Of a DNA stretch of 64,000 nucleotides, positions 41,604 through 53,700 are shown piece after piece (position 1 is the stretch's first letter; each line of letters opens with the position of its first letter). Both the position numbers and the translations under genes were made by a program. This DNA comes from Lepidodermella squamata (Eukaryota; Animalia; Gastrotricha), in the NCBI GenBank assembly GCA_047495785.1, contig JBLDXI010000054.1:1922001-1986000 (forward strand), read 5' to 3'. The notes beneath the pieces were generated by a model. It worked only from the letters and a program-made list of their open reading frames with translations, ran no database searches and was not told the DNA's origin.

Positions 41604-43876
41604 TGCAGCAACTTTATACTAACAAAACAAAACTTCAAATAGTTTTATGGGGACTCGATGGTTAATTTATTGCAGCGTAGTTGAAAATTAGCATATTCTA
41701 TTTATAACTTATGACAGCGTTGGATGTTGGATTTTATGTTCAATCTGACAGTGTACGGGGACTTTTACCATTGCTGAACTGATATGAATTAGCGAAAACA
41801 GCCGCATGACCATGAAATAGTTGGATAATCATGATCGCAGATCTCCTTCTGCTACCAAGCCATGAATCAGCATTTTGGAATTTTCTTTTCTCGACGTTAT
41901 AATTTTTGTAGTTTTTATTATGGATTAGATTCGGGTGATCGAGTTGATTGGCTCAATGGGCTTAATTTCTCGAATTTTAAAATCAAATAAGGGGCGAGAC
42001 TTCTCCCTGCAAAATATTAAGATTCAGTCGGGATGTGAAGTGAATGAGGAATTGCGGCGTTATAGCAAGGGATTCGCCATATCCTTGAATAACCTCGGAA
42101 ACTCAGTTTAACTTCATTCATAATGGGACCCTGGTGCATTCAAAGCGAAAAATGTCGTGCAGCCGGAACCTTGATTCTCGAAACCTGATCCTACACTCGC
42201 ACCAAAAGAGGCACTGCTGTTCATCGCCATTTTTAAATGCACGGTTCGAGTCCAACGATAATGGTGCATGAATTTGTACGGTTCGAACGGTTCGAGGTTT
42301 AATTAGGGAGGATCTAATCTCTGAATTGAAGAGAGGGGATTCAGAAAATTGTAGGTCCTTTATATTCCGGTATATACGGTACATATTATATGAATAACAC
42401 TAACACGTTCTATAATATGGTGTATCTCACGTCATTGTAATTTGTACTTGGGACTAATACTGTATGGACTCGACACTAGCCACTTTTCTGCTGGACAGGA
42501 AAAAAATCAATAATTTTGATGCGAGAAAATCACACGAAAAATGTGTTTTTTACGCATTCAAGGCACCATTTTTACGCATCCGCCCGTTACAAAGCCAAAG
42601 ACAGGACCAGTTTCACGAGAGTACCGTATGGGCAAGCCATACCGATAGATACAGACTTAATTTTTATGAATATCGGTAGCTAAAGTCACGATCTTTGCAA
42701 CAGTGCTAAGTTCAAAATTTTATGACTTTGCTATTATTTTACTTGGAATTTTAAACAGAAATTGTCATTTTGAGGAAATAAAATAATGGCAAAAAATTAT
42801 TCAATGCGTCATGAATATTCTCTCGTATTTTTTTCTTAATAAATCAGCGTAAGTAGTTCGGTTCTATTTTCAGAAAGTTTTACTCATTCTGTTAGAAACA
42901 TCAATTTAGTTAAGTAAATTCAGCCCCCAGTAGGTCGTGGTTTATACCGTTACAAAGGTCCTCTCATGCAGAATTCGGGTATGTAAAATTAAATGCAATC
43001 TGAAATAAAGGTAAGGTGTGATACGGTACCAACGGGACGAGACTCCGATTCTTTCCAATGTAATGGGCGCATGCGTAAAAAAGTTTCTTATAAAACGTCA
43101 TTTTGCGATTTTTTTCTCGCGATTTTGAACGACTTCACGATCAGGATTCTTCGGACGGTTTTTGGCGTCCAGCAGGATTTTAATGGAGAGACGCTAGCAG
43201 TGTCGAGTCCATACAGTATTAGTCCCAAGAATTTGTAGCGGGTTGCTCTTCATATATTCATATGCTTCCATTGCGGATAGCAACTTGCAGAACTGATTCG
43301 CCCTTCGACTTAAACGCCTTCACATGAGCTCCAGACTTGAAACGATACTTGGGCCTGAAACTATGTAATCGCGATTAATACACAGTTTCACGAGAATGAT
43401 AGCAATTCGACAATGAATGAGGTCGAATTGCCCAGTGCAGCAGCGAGCAGCGTGTTTTGAACTCGGTACTAAAATAGCTAAGACAATAGACCTTAGTTGA
43501 AAATAACTCCAAGGCCAGCTGATCAATTTTGTCCATTTCGCACTGCAAGAGAGGGACTTAGAAAATATAATATGAAAGGAATAAAGGCTGATTAAAAACA
43601 AAACTGATGAAGATAATATAAATGTTAACATAAAATACCTTTGACTATATGCGCGCGCGTTATAAATTTAGCTGGGACTTTCGAACATTATTTTTGATGC
43701 TGCGCCCTGCGCCCCCTACCACGCTATTCTTCATTAGAAAGTATGCTCAGTTGTCATCGAGCTTAAAATAACTCCGTTCGTAAACATCCTCAAGAAGCTC
43801 GAACGCAGAAGAGTCTTTCAGTCATTCATCTTTCTTTCGTTTTAAATTCAACTATCGACTAAAACATCTCATTTAA

Positions 43877-45394
43877 ATGGCTTTTAGGCTCGCTGTTCTC
43901 GCTGCGACATTGGGCATTGCCTGCAGTCGTGAGTTACAGCCTCTTTCACCAATTCATAGCTCATGTCGCGTTTGTCTTTTCAGAAAGTCCAGTCACCATT
44001 TCGAAAGCTGTCGATTGCTCGAATGAAGTGATCAAAACCGCCTACCAGCCTGAATCTGGCAGTTTGTACGACCTCGGCAATCATCGCATTAACTGCTCCG
44101 ATGGCAGCTACCTGTCGTCTTGGAAGATCCAGAGGGGTGTAAAGGAGGCTAACAAATTGCAGTATGCGTATAAGTGCTGCAAGGCACCGTCTGTCGGAAC
44201 CTGCAGACAAGTTACAAATGACAAGACAGATGGCAGTGGCGGAGATTCTGTCTTTCTGGATAGACAAGATATCAAGTGCAACGACAATGAGGTTCTGAAA
44301 AGCTTCAGCCAGGCTAATTCTAATGGACAGATCCAATATTCCTACACTTGCTGCGCGGTTAGTATTTAGTACCGGCGTCATGACGCCCAAATGCTCCCAG
44401 GCATGAAGCAAATTTTTGGGTTGGGAAATCCGGAAGCCGGAAGCGTTGATATAAGAAACTCTTTTCTAGGACCCATTATATCTCACATTTTTTCATTTTC
44501 AGATTGCAGGTGAAGTTTTTTATGCCAGTAAGGCGGTTACCACCAATTTTGACGAGGAAAGTGGCAAACTTTGGTCCTTTGAACGTCACATTGTCGCCTG
44601 TGCGGACGGCGAACTGATGCAGAGATGGCACCTTCAACGCATCGCAGACAAGGGACAGATACGCTTCGAATACACGTGTGCTATCATCCTTTCCTTGCCG
44701 GAAACTTGCGGTAAGTGTAACAGGTTTCTAGGTTTCTGAATCAACTATCACTTTCTTCTCTGCAGCAACCGCTAAGTGGTACGAAAAGTGCTCCAATGCC
44801 AACCAGGTAACCGCGGCGACCAGTGCCCTCAACGGGAACATGTACGGCCTCGCACCTCACAACGTCAAATGCCCCGCCAGCAGTTATCTAACTTCTTTCG
44901 GACTAACTAGGCCTAGCGAAACCACCATCCAATACTCGTACACTTGCTGCGCTGCCCCCATCACATTGATGTGCCGCGAACTCGAGAACTTTTGGACTGA
45001 TGGTAGTGGGGGCGACACCAACTTCCTGGACAGGCAGAATGTCCAGTGCAATGCTAACGAGGCCATGAACAGATTCACGCTACGTCAGGACCCTACCACC
45101 GGCTGGGTTACCTACAACTACACGTGCTGCGCGGTGAGAATTCCGAAAAATCAATGCTGCACATATTTCAATGAGATGTTATTATTTCAGGTCGTAGGTA
45201 AGGTGACTACTACAAACCACGTGACTGATTACGCAGATGAACAAGGAACGAAATCGTTCTCCCTCGCCAGCCATCGCCCGACGTGCCCCGATGGCAAGTT
45301 GTTGCAGCAGTTCAAACTGAAGCGCAGTGGTTCGGGCACCCACCGATACGAGTACACCTGTGCTAAGGTCGCGAACGACGCTTGTGCCGCGTGA
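43877..45394 (+). CDS. Secreted cysteine-rich protein with six ~55-aa repeats (5 exons)
   Basis: Signal MAFRLAVLAATLGIACS; exons ~43984-44357, 44503-44710, 44767-45133, 45191-45394; repeat consensus T..D..G....L.R..V.C...E.L..F.L.R.....Y.Y.C(C). Confidence 0.8.
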
Positions 45395-45639
45395 ATCGGA
45401 GAGGAGTAGCAATGTCGAGAGTTTGCTGGCAAAAAAATTTGTGAATGGTAATAGGTACAAATAATATTAACCTATAGTCGAGAGGAATGGGGGTGAAATT
45501 CAACTTAATCATGAGGGTGGAATTAATAAATCAAAAAACTGACATATCATCGTCTTTCTGATCTGAATCGAGCTTTCAATGTCGAAAATAACCTTTGTGA
45601 AATTCCTACTCACTGCAGAAAGATACTCACTACGTCTGA

Positions 45640-45835
45640 TATGGACAAAGCCGAAGTTCTGAGTTATCTGGTTCGAAATAAGTTGATTCCGCCGAATCAG
45701 TATGGTTTTCTGCCAAAGCGATATGCGAACTTCAGCTGCTTCTTTGCCTGAAGGATTGGACGGACGCGATTGATCGGGGGTAGTGCGTTGATGTCATATA
45801 CTTGGGCCTGTCAAGAGCGTTCGATATCGTTGCTA
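45640..45835 (+). mobile_element. Degenerate non-LTR (CR1/L2-like) reverse transcriptase fragment
   Basis: Frameshifted YLVRNKLIPPNQYGFLPKR..CELQLLLCLKDWTDAIDRG..VDVIYLGLSRAFDIV matches the QxGF...D.SKAFD.V region of LINE RTs. Confidence 0.75.
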
Positions 45836-46336
45836 TCAACATCCGTTTTCGAGCAAAATCTTGACAGCCTCCAGATAGTTGGAACGTGTAGCCTTCACAG
45901 GGGTGTTGTCCCGTATTCTCCTTTTTGGCTGACGTCGGCTCCCACTTCAATTAAGTATTTTAAAACTTCAATATGCCCGGGCTCTACAGCCATTGTAAAC
46001 GCTGTATCTTTTCCTCCGTAATCCTTTGGTGATATATTCGCGCCGCGTTCTACCAGTAATCTTACCACATTCACCAGTCCGGCTTGGGCAGCGAGCATCA
46101 AAGGGGTGTAATTAAAGTAGCTCATCTCGCGTGCTTCGATCGACGCTCCTCGATCCAGAAGAATTTTAGTAATTTTCTGGCGTTCTGATGGATTCTCTTT
46201 ACATTGAACTGCTCTGTGCAGCAGAGTGCCGTTGTTCGCAGTAACGGTGTATTCGCTGTTAACAGCTTCACACCCGTTCCATTCATTCTCATCCAGTTTT
46301 CGCAAATCAGGATTGAAATTGCAGCCTGTTGCCTAA

Positions 46337-47087
46337 TGGTGCTTTCACAAATGCGTCCGACGAGCGTCCGACGTTTTCGGCGCCCGAAGTAGCGTAATAG
46401 TTGTCCGACGTTTAGATTTCCTTTCACAAACGCGCGCACTTCGGCCCGCGCGCCCGAAGTTTAAACAATAGCGTGTCCGACGCGGCGCGCGCACGCACAA
46501 CAAAGAACGTCGGATCGGAGGCCCGCAAAACTACCGTCCGAAGTGCGTCCGAACCGAAGCTTGTAGCGAACTATTATTACACGCACACCAATAAACGTAA
46601 GCGCGCGCGCGGCCATTCGACTGCTTGACTGACTGTAAAACACTCAAGTCGTCTTGAATTACGACGAGTCATGAAAATGAGTTTCAAATATACCACAAAA
46701 GTTGATCAGTAAGGCCGGCAAAACCGCGCTCGCGCGCAAGAAAAAATTGATGATATGCAAATCATGCGTCTCAATCACATAATTTTTCGAAGAAATTTGG
46801 ATTTTTATGATCCGCATCGCATTTCACGTCTCATTACTCAGTTGAATTCAGCATTAACGCTGAAATGGAAATTTTTTGCCTGACCCCTGCCACTCGCATG
46901 CACGCGCGCTCAAGTGCGTGACACCCAGCAACTTCGGCGACTAAACAATAGAGACTTCGGGCGTCCGACCGCGCGCGCGCGTCCGAAGTGCCACTGATAA
47001 CGCTCTCCGATGTTTCGCTTCACTCTACCGAAGTTTGCGAGTTGCTAGCCGACGTTTTCACCGTCGGACGCATTTGTGAAAGCACCA
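46337..47087. mobile_element. Non-autonomous TIR DNA transposon (possibly PIF/Harbinger) inserted in an ankyrin exon
   Basis: Perfect 26-bp TIR tggtgctttcacaaatgcgtccgacg flanked by TAA/TTA where the intact paralog has TCA; internal gtccga/cgcgcg subterminal repeats. A TA-TSD reading is also possible. Confidence 0.85.
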
Positions 47088-47269
47088 TTATCAATCTTTG
47101 CTATGATTGATTTTGCCGCTGATGCATCCAAGTCGCCATAGAGCGTTTCGAAAAGAGACAAGTAGAGAGAATTTACGTCATCTGGGTCCTACAAATTAGA
47201 CGGTAACATAACAACTAGGGATCAGACGTTAGCGTCGCAGATTTAGTCTTGTTTACTAGTCTCTTTATA

Positions 47270-48057
47270 CAGTGTGTCCAAAAAATTTTGCAACATTACA
47301 AATCGATGCAGCTCCCTCATTTTGGCGAATTTTTCCATGATCAAGACAGATTCTGAAAGCTCAAATCACCGCGTTTATTTGGTTAAATTCACATAGCGTT
47401 AAGTTCAAAAATGAGAAAGATGTGACAGATAATGTGCAAAAAAATAATTTTCAAAATTACAACGACTTTTCGAAATGTTCCTTTTTGAAAATGTTCCTGC
47501 ATGTTGATTTCGTCAGACCCCACTTCTCACTAACAGCTCGCAATGATGTTGGTTGATGGAGTTTAACCCGACGCTTGATGTTTCGTCGAACTCGTTGAAT
47601 GACTGCAGGCGTTGACTTCGATTTCTTATGTGGAACTCGATTGTTCTTGACTAATCCTCGTCGCCGGAAATTTGATACCCATCTCAATACCAACGAACGA
47701 TCCGGAACTTTAAAACTGGTTGAGCCTCTGTTTTCGAGCCGGAAGGCTCTGCAGGCAGACGTCGGAGAGTTGCCGTGAGTAAAGTAAAGCTCAACTATAC
47801 GGGCTTTGACCGTTGGAGGCCACATGCAACGATTAAACAACGAAAATAGCGGTGAAAAAGTCGTTGTCAAAAAGAAATTGCATTTTTTCATTTCAAACTT
47901 TGTTTGTGCACTCATTTTAAGGCTGATTTTTATAAAATGGATATCGAAAAAAACGCGGTGATTTGAGCTTTCAGAATCTGTCTTGATCATGGAAAAATTC
48001 GCCAAAATGAGGGAGCTGCATTGATTTGTAATGTTGCAAAATTTTTTGGACACACTG
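47270..48057 (-). mobile_element. Internally deleted Tc1/mariner-superfamily element (788 bp)
   Basis: ~107-bp TIRs starting CAGTGTGTCC with one mismatch; TA TSD at 47268-69 and 48058-59; encodes only the transposase N-terminal HTH region (MWPPTVKARIVELYF..RWVSNFRRRG.., 47825-47457); no catalytic DDE/D domain. Confidence 0.9.
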
Positions 48058-48197
48058 TATTTTTACCGTCAAAGTTCTTGCTGCAGTTTGTGTCACTACT
48101 TTTCACCACTAGCCATGCCGGCTAAATGGCTTGGTGCAAACACCTTTCAAAGCTGATGAAAGAAACGTGTGTGTCTTTCAAGGTTAGAGGTTTATTC
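47591..48197 (+). repeat. 607-bp direct repeat, copy 1 (left flank of the LTR element)
   Basis: Matches 57152-57758 at offset 9561; no mismatch found by eye. Confidence 0.9.
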
Positions 48198-48392
48198 TGT
48201 AATATCCGGCACGGTACGGATACCACACGGGTTCGATATAAAGAGTAAATAACAGTCAGGCAGAAATGATCCAAAACTCCTCATTTTATTGTTATTGTGT
48301 TTCAGTATTTATACTGCGGCACGCAGGCCGCTTATTGGTTGGTATGCGGGCCAATCGCGCTCGACTTGCGTGTCGCGCGTCCGCATAGCACA
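48198..48392 (-). repeat. 3' LTR (195 bp, TG...CA)
   Basis: Preceded on the minus strand by purine-rich GGGGAA; contains CCAAT, TATAAATA (48306-48313) and AATAAA (48285-48290). Confidence 0.92.
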
Positions 48393-48544
48393 TTCCCCAG
48401 GTGAAATAGTGCTTTACTCCTGGAAAGCGGGAAAAGCGAAAGGAGTGTAACGGCAAGAGAAAAATTCGAAAATGATATTGTGAGAGAATTTACAATAAAT
48501 AAGATCACTGGTAAATATATATACAAACTGCGTGATTTTGATTT

Positions 48545-50671
48545 TCAATAGTAGAAGCGCTTTTTGCGCGGCTGTGGTTTTGGTTCCGCTTCGTTGGCTT
48601 TGTCGAGCGGAATGGCCGTTGACGGTGTTTCGTATCCTGGCGGTTGTGGGGCGGTTGGGACTTGAAGTGTCGGCATTATTGTCTGGATTTGGAGCGGATT
48701 TGAAGGGCGATTTCTATTGCAGATGAGGTAAATGATTGCGACGGTGTTCAGTGTCAGTATGAGAGAATTCGCTCCGGTTGGGAGAATCGATAGCAGCGCT
48801 GAGTGGGTGTCGTTGGAGGAGCCGATTTGTCCAACGTAGATACTCATCAGCTGCGTGAAGAGACCTAATTGTGCCGAGCTGGCGCTGATATTTTCGACGA
48901 GCCGCAGTGTTGTAGCATCATTCCGGTTGAACTCGTCACGCATGGTTGAATCCTTAAGGCTGGCGACGATTTTATCGATATTTTTGCTGTGTTGGGTCGG
49001 GTAGTCGCTGGTATTGGGGTCAAGTAGCTTTAATCGACCCGACTCGGTGACCGTTAGTATCTCTTGGCGCAGATCCTCGTCGCATTCAAAGGCCGATGGG
49101 TGTAATTCGAGGTCGCCAATTTTAATGATGTGGTTGCAAGAGAGGTGGAAAATGTGGCCACTTTGCGAATATTTTCGGCTAAAAATTTGTTTTCTGGCGG
49201 TGCCATTAACGCGCCAGAGTGAGACAGTCGCCGGTTTTTGAAGGAGGAACGAGCTGTGGTTGAGTCGCACAACATCGCTTGCTTGTTCGCACCAGTTGAA
49301 CTCGGCTTTCGAGCTGATAACGGGGTCGAGAGCTAAGGCGTGCTCGGAATCAGCGACGAGGCCGGTCTGTTGTAGCCAGTCTGGTGTCGTGGAAATATCG
49401 CAGAATTCAAGTGGGCAGACGATTTTGTGGGGTGAAATTGTGGTACAGGCGTCGAGACAGCTGGTAGGAAATAAGCGGACGGGCTGGTCTGAGCATTGGA
49501 TGGCGGACATGCCGATGTAGACAGATCGCGGGGCCGTTAAACAGCTGCGGTTGCCAAGCAAGCTGATCGGGGACAACGCGATGATGTTGCAGACCGAGTT
49601 TCTTATTATCGGAAGTTTCGCTCGAATTGTAACGTCGATGACATCGGGTTGATCGGCGCCGGTGATGGACATCCAGGCCGAGACAAACAATGGGACACCC
49701 TGGGTTAGTAATTTGACCGTTTCGTTGTGCCTGGGTGAGATTTGTAGCTGGCGGATGATTTTCGTCGCCATGGCCTCGGTCATTTCATAGGTACCGAACG
49801 AGCCATCGTTTATGCCTACTCGGATGCGTTCGACATGCGCGAACTGGTCACGCATCGCTGCCTGCTTTGTGAAGTGAAAAGCAGTCAGTTTATTGAAGTT
49901 GTGCCACTTCTGCCGATCGCTGGTGTATTCGCTGGTCAAATTTATGAGCACATCTTCCACGGCTTGCAGACGTTGTCCTAGCCGGTGGGTTTGTTTCGCC
50001 AGCAGCATTGTGGCGTTGCCAATTTTTCTGATTTGAGTCTCATCCTCTTTTAAAGCAGCCGTCGCTGCGTAGAGGGCTTTCTTCGTATTTTCGTCAGTGG
50101 TTGAGCAACCGTTGTGTGAGAATAGTTCGTTGATGCCACGTAGAACTATCGAGGAGCAGATCCAGTCTAAGTCACGCCTGGCGCGGTATCGTTTCCCAGT
50201 CACTGTCGACGAGGCGGTCAGCTTCGCGGTCGACGGCTGGCACTGAGTGGCCCACTGCGACAAACAGTCGAACTCTGAGAATCCGAACGGCGGTATCGGC
50301 GTACACCATTTTCCGAGATAGGCGGCACATGATTTCAATTTGTCCCAAGGCGACGGAGCGAGCGATGTCCCAGTTTCTTCCCAGAAATCGAGTACGTGTT
50401 GAACTTCCTCCGGATAAAATTGGCGAATAAATTTCGGCTTCTGAAACTCAACTTGCATATTCAAGGCGGTTAAAATCACGTCGTCGAACATGTAGACCAG
50501 CTGTTTCTTAGTGCCTTTGAGCAATGCTTGCGGGAAAATCACGTGGTCAGAAGTGAAAGCGTCCGTGTTAAGTTCGATTTGCCGTTTTGAACGAGTAGCG
50601 CTGGCTGAAGAAATTAGCGAAGCGGCGAGTGTGGCTACGGCAAGCCACAGGCGAAGGCCAGTAAGCGACAT
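48545..50671 (-). CDS. env: Env-like type I membrane glycoprotein (class I fusion protein-like)
   Basis: Signal peptide; furin sites RSKR and RYRARR; heptad repeat after the cleavage site; Cys-rich middle; about 9 N-x-S/T sequons; C-terminal TM (SLILTLNTVAIIYLIC); located between pol and the 3' LTR. Confidence 0.85.
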   Translation of the reverse strand: MSLTGLRLWLAVATLAASLISSASATRSKRQIELNTDAFTSDHVIFPQALLKGTKKQLVYMFDDVILTALNMQVEFQKPKFIRQFYPEEVQHVLDFWEETGTSLAPSPWDKLKSCAAYLGKWCTPIPPFGFSEFDCLSQWATQCQPSTAKLTASSTVTGKRYRARRDLDWICSSIVLRGINELFSHNGCSTTDENTKKALYAATAALKEDETQIRKIGNATMLLAKQTHRLGQRLQAVEDVLINLTSEYTSDRQKWHNFNKLTAFHFTKQAAMRDQFAHVERIRVGINDGSFGTYEMTEAMATKIIRQLQISPRHNETVKLLTQGVPLFVSAWMSITGADQPDVIDVTIRAKLPIIRNSVCNIIALSPISLLGNRSCLTAPRSVYIGMSAIQCSDQPVRLFPTSCLDACTTISPHKIVCPLEFCDISTTPDWLQQTGLVADSEHALALDPVISSKAEFNWCEQASDVVRLNHSSFLLQKPATVSLWRVNGTARKQIFSRKYSQSGHIFHLSCNHIIKIGDLELHPSAFECDEDLRQEILTVTESGRLKLLDPNTSDYPTQHSKNIDKIVASLKDSTMRDEFNRNDATTLRLVENISASSAQLGLFTQLMSIYVGQIGSSNDTHSALLSILPTGANSLILTLNTVAIIYLICNRNRPSNPLQIQTIMPTLQVPTAPQPPGYETPSTAIPLDKANEAEPKPQPRKKRFYY

Positions 50672-50752
50672 CGAGATTCGTTAATGAGTAAATATCAAGA
50701 AGTATTTACAGTTCGAATAAATGGTTGATTAAATTTTTCGCTCAAATAAAAT

Positions 50753-53700
50753 CTATACAGTAGGAGAAGAATCTGTATTGTTTGACGATTGTTTCTTTCT
50801 CGAAATGTTGGTGATTTGTGTTCTTCGAGTGTGTGCCTTGCCGGATTTCGGCGATGTTTGAACGACGGGGTTGGCGAAAGTTACACGCGTGCGAAGGTTA
50901 TACGGCTGATGGACGACCGTAGCGTCAAGATCTGACTTATTGAGCGAGTAGTTTCTGTCGGAGGTGACGCTAGTTGAGGACTTTTCAGGCGTCGTCACGC
51001 TTGATTGATTTTTCTCGGGTGACGAGGCTGGACGGTGTTGCGGGGCCACCGATTGCGGTTGGACAGGTGGTACAAGGCTAACCAAGTCCATGTCGAACTG
51101 GAATGGTGTTGGTCGTCGGTGGAATCCTGGCGATGCTGTCAAATGCCCAGTGTTTTGCATTCGAAATTTGTGGGCTGGTGTTGACGTTATTATTGGACTG
51201 AAATGGTCGATGTTTGACGGTGCTGACATGGATGAATGGCGATTATCTTCGTCTGAGGTAGACGGTGCTGGCCCAGTTATTATTGGCGGTGACGGCATTC
51301 TGGGCGGTGTTTCAGGCAATTCTGACGTGCTTGGGGTACGTCGTCGTGGTACCGGTGGCGTTGTTGGCGTCGTAGTCGCCGACGTCGCGGTTGACGGCGT
51401 TGTACTTGCGGTCGTTGTAGTCGGTGTTGTACTTGTAGAAGTCGCCGTTGTAGTACCCGAACTGGCCGAGGTCGGCCTTTTCGCACTACGGAGTATGTAC
51501 CCACCCGTCGTGAAATTGTTGTCACGGGTTGGCTCATGAACAACCTGGCGGCTAAGCGTCTGGCGAAGGTCAGGTAACGGCGACGCAGCGGCGGCGGGCG
51601 GTCGGGGCGCAGTCGACGCAGGCGCCGCAGCGCCGGGCGGCGCAGTCAACTTTTTAGCGCTCGTCGCCGACGAACGGGCCGACTGTTGCGCTTGCGAATA
51701 GCGATCAGCCGTGGGGAAGTCGCGCAACCAGGCCAACTTGAGGCGGTTGCGATGGGCAAGGATATCACGACCGGACAGGTCAAAGAAGCGAATAGCGTAA
51801 GTAACGGGCGAAACTCGAGCCACGACGGAATACGGGCCCTTGTAGCGAGATGCGAATTTCGGTATCACATCGGGCCGGTTACTTGGCACGTGGAGGTAGA
51901 CAAGATCGCCGATATCGAACGGCTCGCAATTCCCTGAACTGCGATCATAGCGCTCTTTCTCACGAGCACGCGCGAGTTGGAAACGAGTTCGAACGTCGTC
52001 GAAAGCGCGACGGAGTTTGTCATACAAGCCGTAAGCATGATTTTCACGCAACTCGTTCTGAGTCTTGGGCTGGGATGCAGGCTTCTCGGCGGAGCACTGC
52101 CAGTCCATAGCCAACTTGGGCATGTGACCTAGCATAAGATATGCTGGTGGGTGGCGATGAGTCGAATGGTGAGACGAATTGTAGCCGGAGCAGCAGGCCT
52201 TGACGAAGCGGCACCAGTCGAGGTGCTGGCCGGGCACGACGTATTTCGCAATGCAGTTATTCATGACTAAATTCAAGTGTTCGCAATGGCCGTTAGTCTG
52301 CTGGTGATAGGCGGAGCTTTTAATACGACGAATCGCAAACGCATCAGTCACGTCCTCGATGAGCTTGGAGATGAAGTAGCGGGCGTTGTCATTGAGCAAA
52401 GCACGCGGGCTACCGAAAATGTAGATCCAGTCGAGCAATTTCTCAATCACGGTTTCGGACTTAATATCCGGAATGGGCTCCCACAGCGTGAAGCCACTGA
52501 AATGATCAGAAATGATGAGAATATAGCGCATTCCGCGACGAGACGTAGGGTATGGACCGGCTACGTCCCAGGTGAGAAGCTCATTCACGTCATGCGAGAG
52601 GATGGGCTCCATCGGAGCACGTGGATGTTTTACAGGGTGATCACGAATTTGGCACACCGCGCATGATTTGACGTATTCAGCAGTAATTTCCTCGTAATTG
52701 CGGAAATAGAATCGATCTTTTAAGGTGGATAGGGTGCGTTCAACGCCGAAATGACATTTCTCGTCATGCATAGCGTGAAGCACGGTGACGATGAGATTCT
52801 CAGGTACGACGATCTGGTAACCCGATTCAGAGGCAGGGTAGTAGCGACACAACAAGCCATCAGGCGCTATGAAATACTTGCTACGCTGCTTTTGATTGTG
52901 ACGAAGGCGGCGTTTCTTGGAGCGACAACGACGATCGGCGGCTTGCGCCGAAATCAAAACATCGCGAGTCAAGTTAACGCCACACGGCGTGAGGGAGCGG
53001 AACGGGTCGCCCTCGTGGTACGCGTTCTCGTCGACAACAACGTCGTCATCGAAAGTAAGATCGGACGTCATAGCGTTGACGCTGGCCGGGAGTGGCGTAG
53101 CTCGATCAGGCATACGCGACATCGCATCGGCATTCGCATGGGTTGAACCTCGGCGCGTTATTATATTCAGCGGATATTGTTGTAGGATCATCAGGTAGTT
53201 GGACAACCGACCTCCGGTGTCCTTCCAGGTGTTCAAAGTACGAAGAGCAGCGGCGTCAGTAATGACGTCGGTGGTAATCGAATTCAAACCCGGCGAGATG
53301 TAAGGCTTAATCTGCTTTAGCCCGTACAGAACGGCAAGAACCTCTCGTTCACAACTAGAATAATTGCGCTCGGCCTTAGTCAGATTTCGAGAACCGAAAG
53401 CGACTGGGCGCCGGGTACCGTCGTCCTGGTCTTGTTCGAGAACGTAGCCGAGACCGGACCCCGACGCATCAGTCGATAAAATAAATTTCTTGTCAAACTG
53501 AGGAAAGGCCAAACAAGGCGGCGAGATCAACGCCTTTTTGAGCTCATTAAAAGCGTTCTCGGCATCCTTACTCCAGTGAAAGTTGTTCTTACGTTGTAGC
53601 TCGTATAACGGAGCTGCGATCATCGCAAAATTCTTGATAAACCGCCGATAATATCCGGCTAACGAGGTAAAAGCTCGAAGGTCGCTAACCGTCGTAGGGA

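Noticed and set aside
42350-42381. Pogo/Tigger-like terminus (..ccggtatatacgg-TA)
   Set aside because: No matching second TIR was found, so element boundaries cannot be supported.
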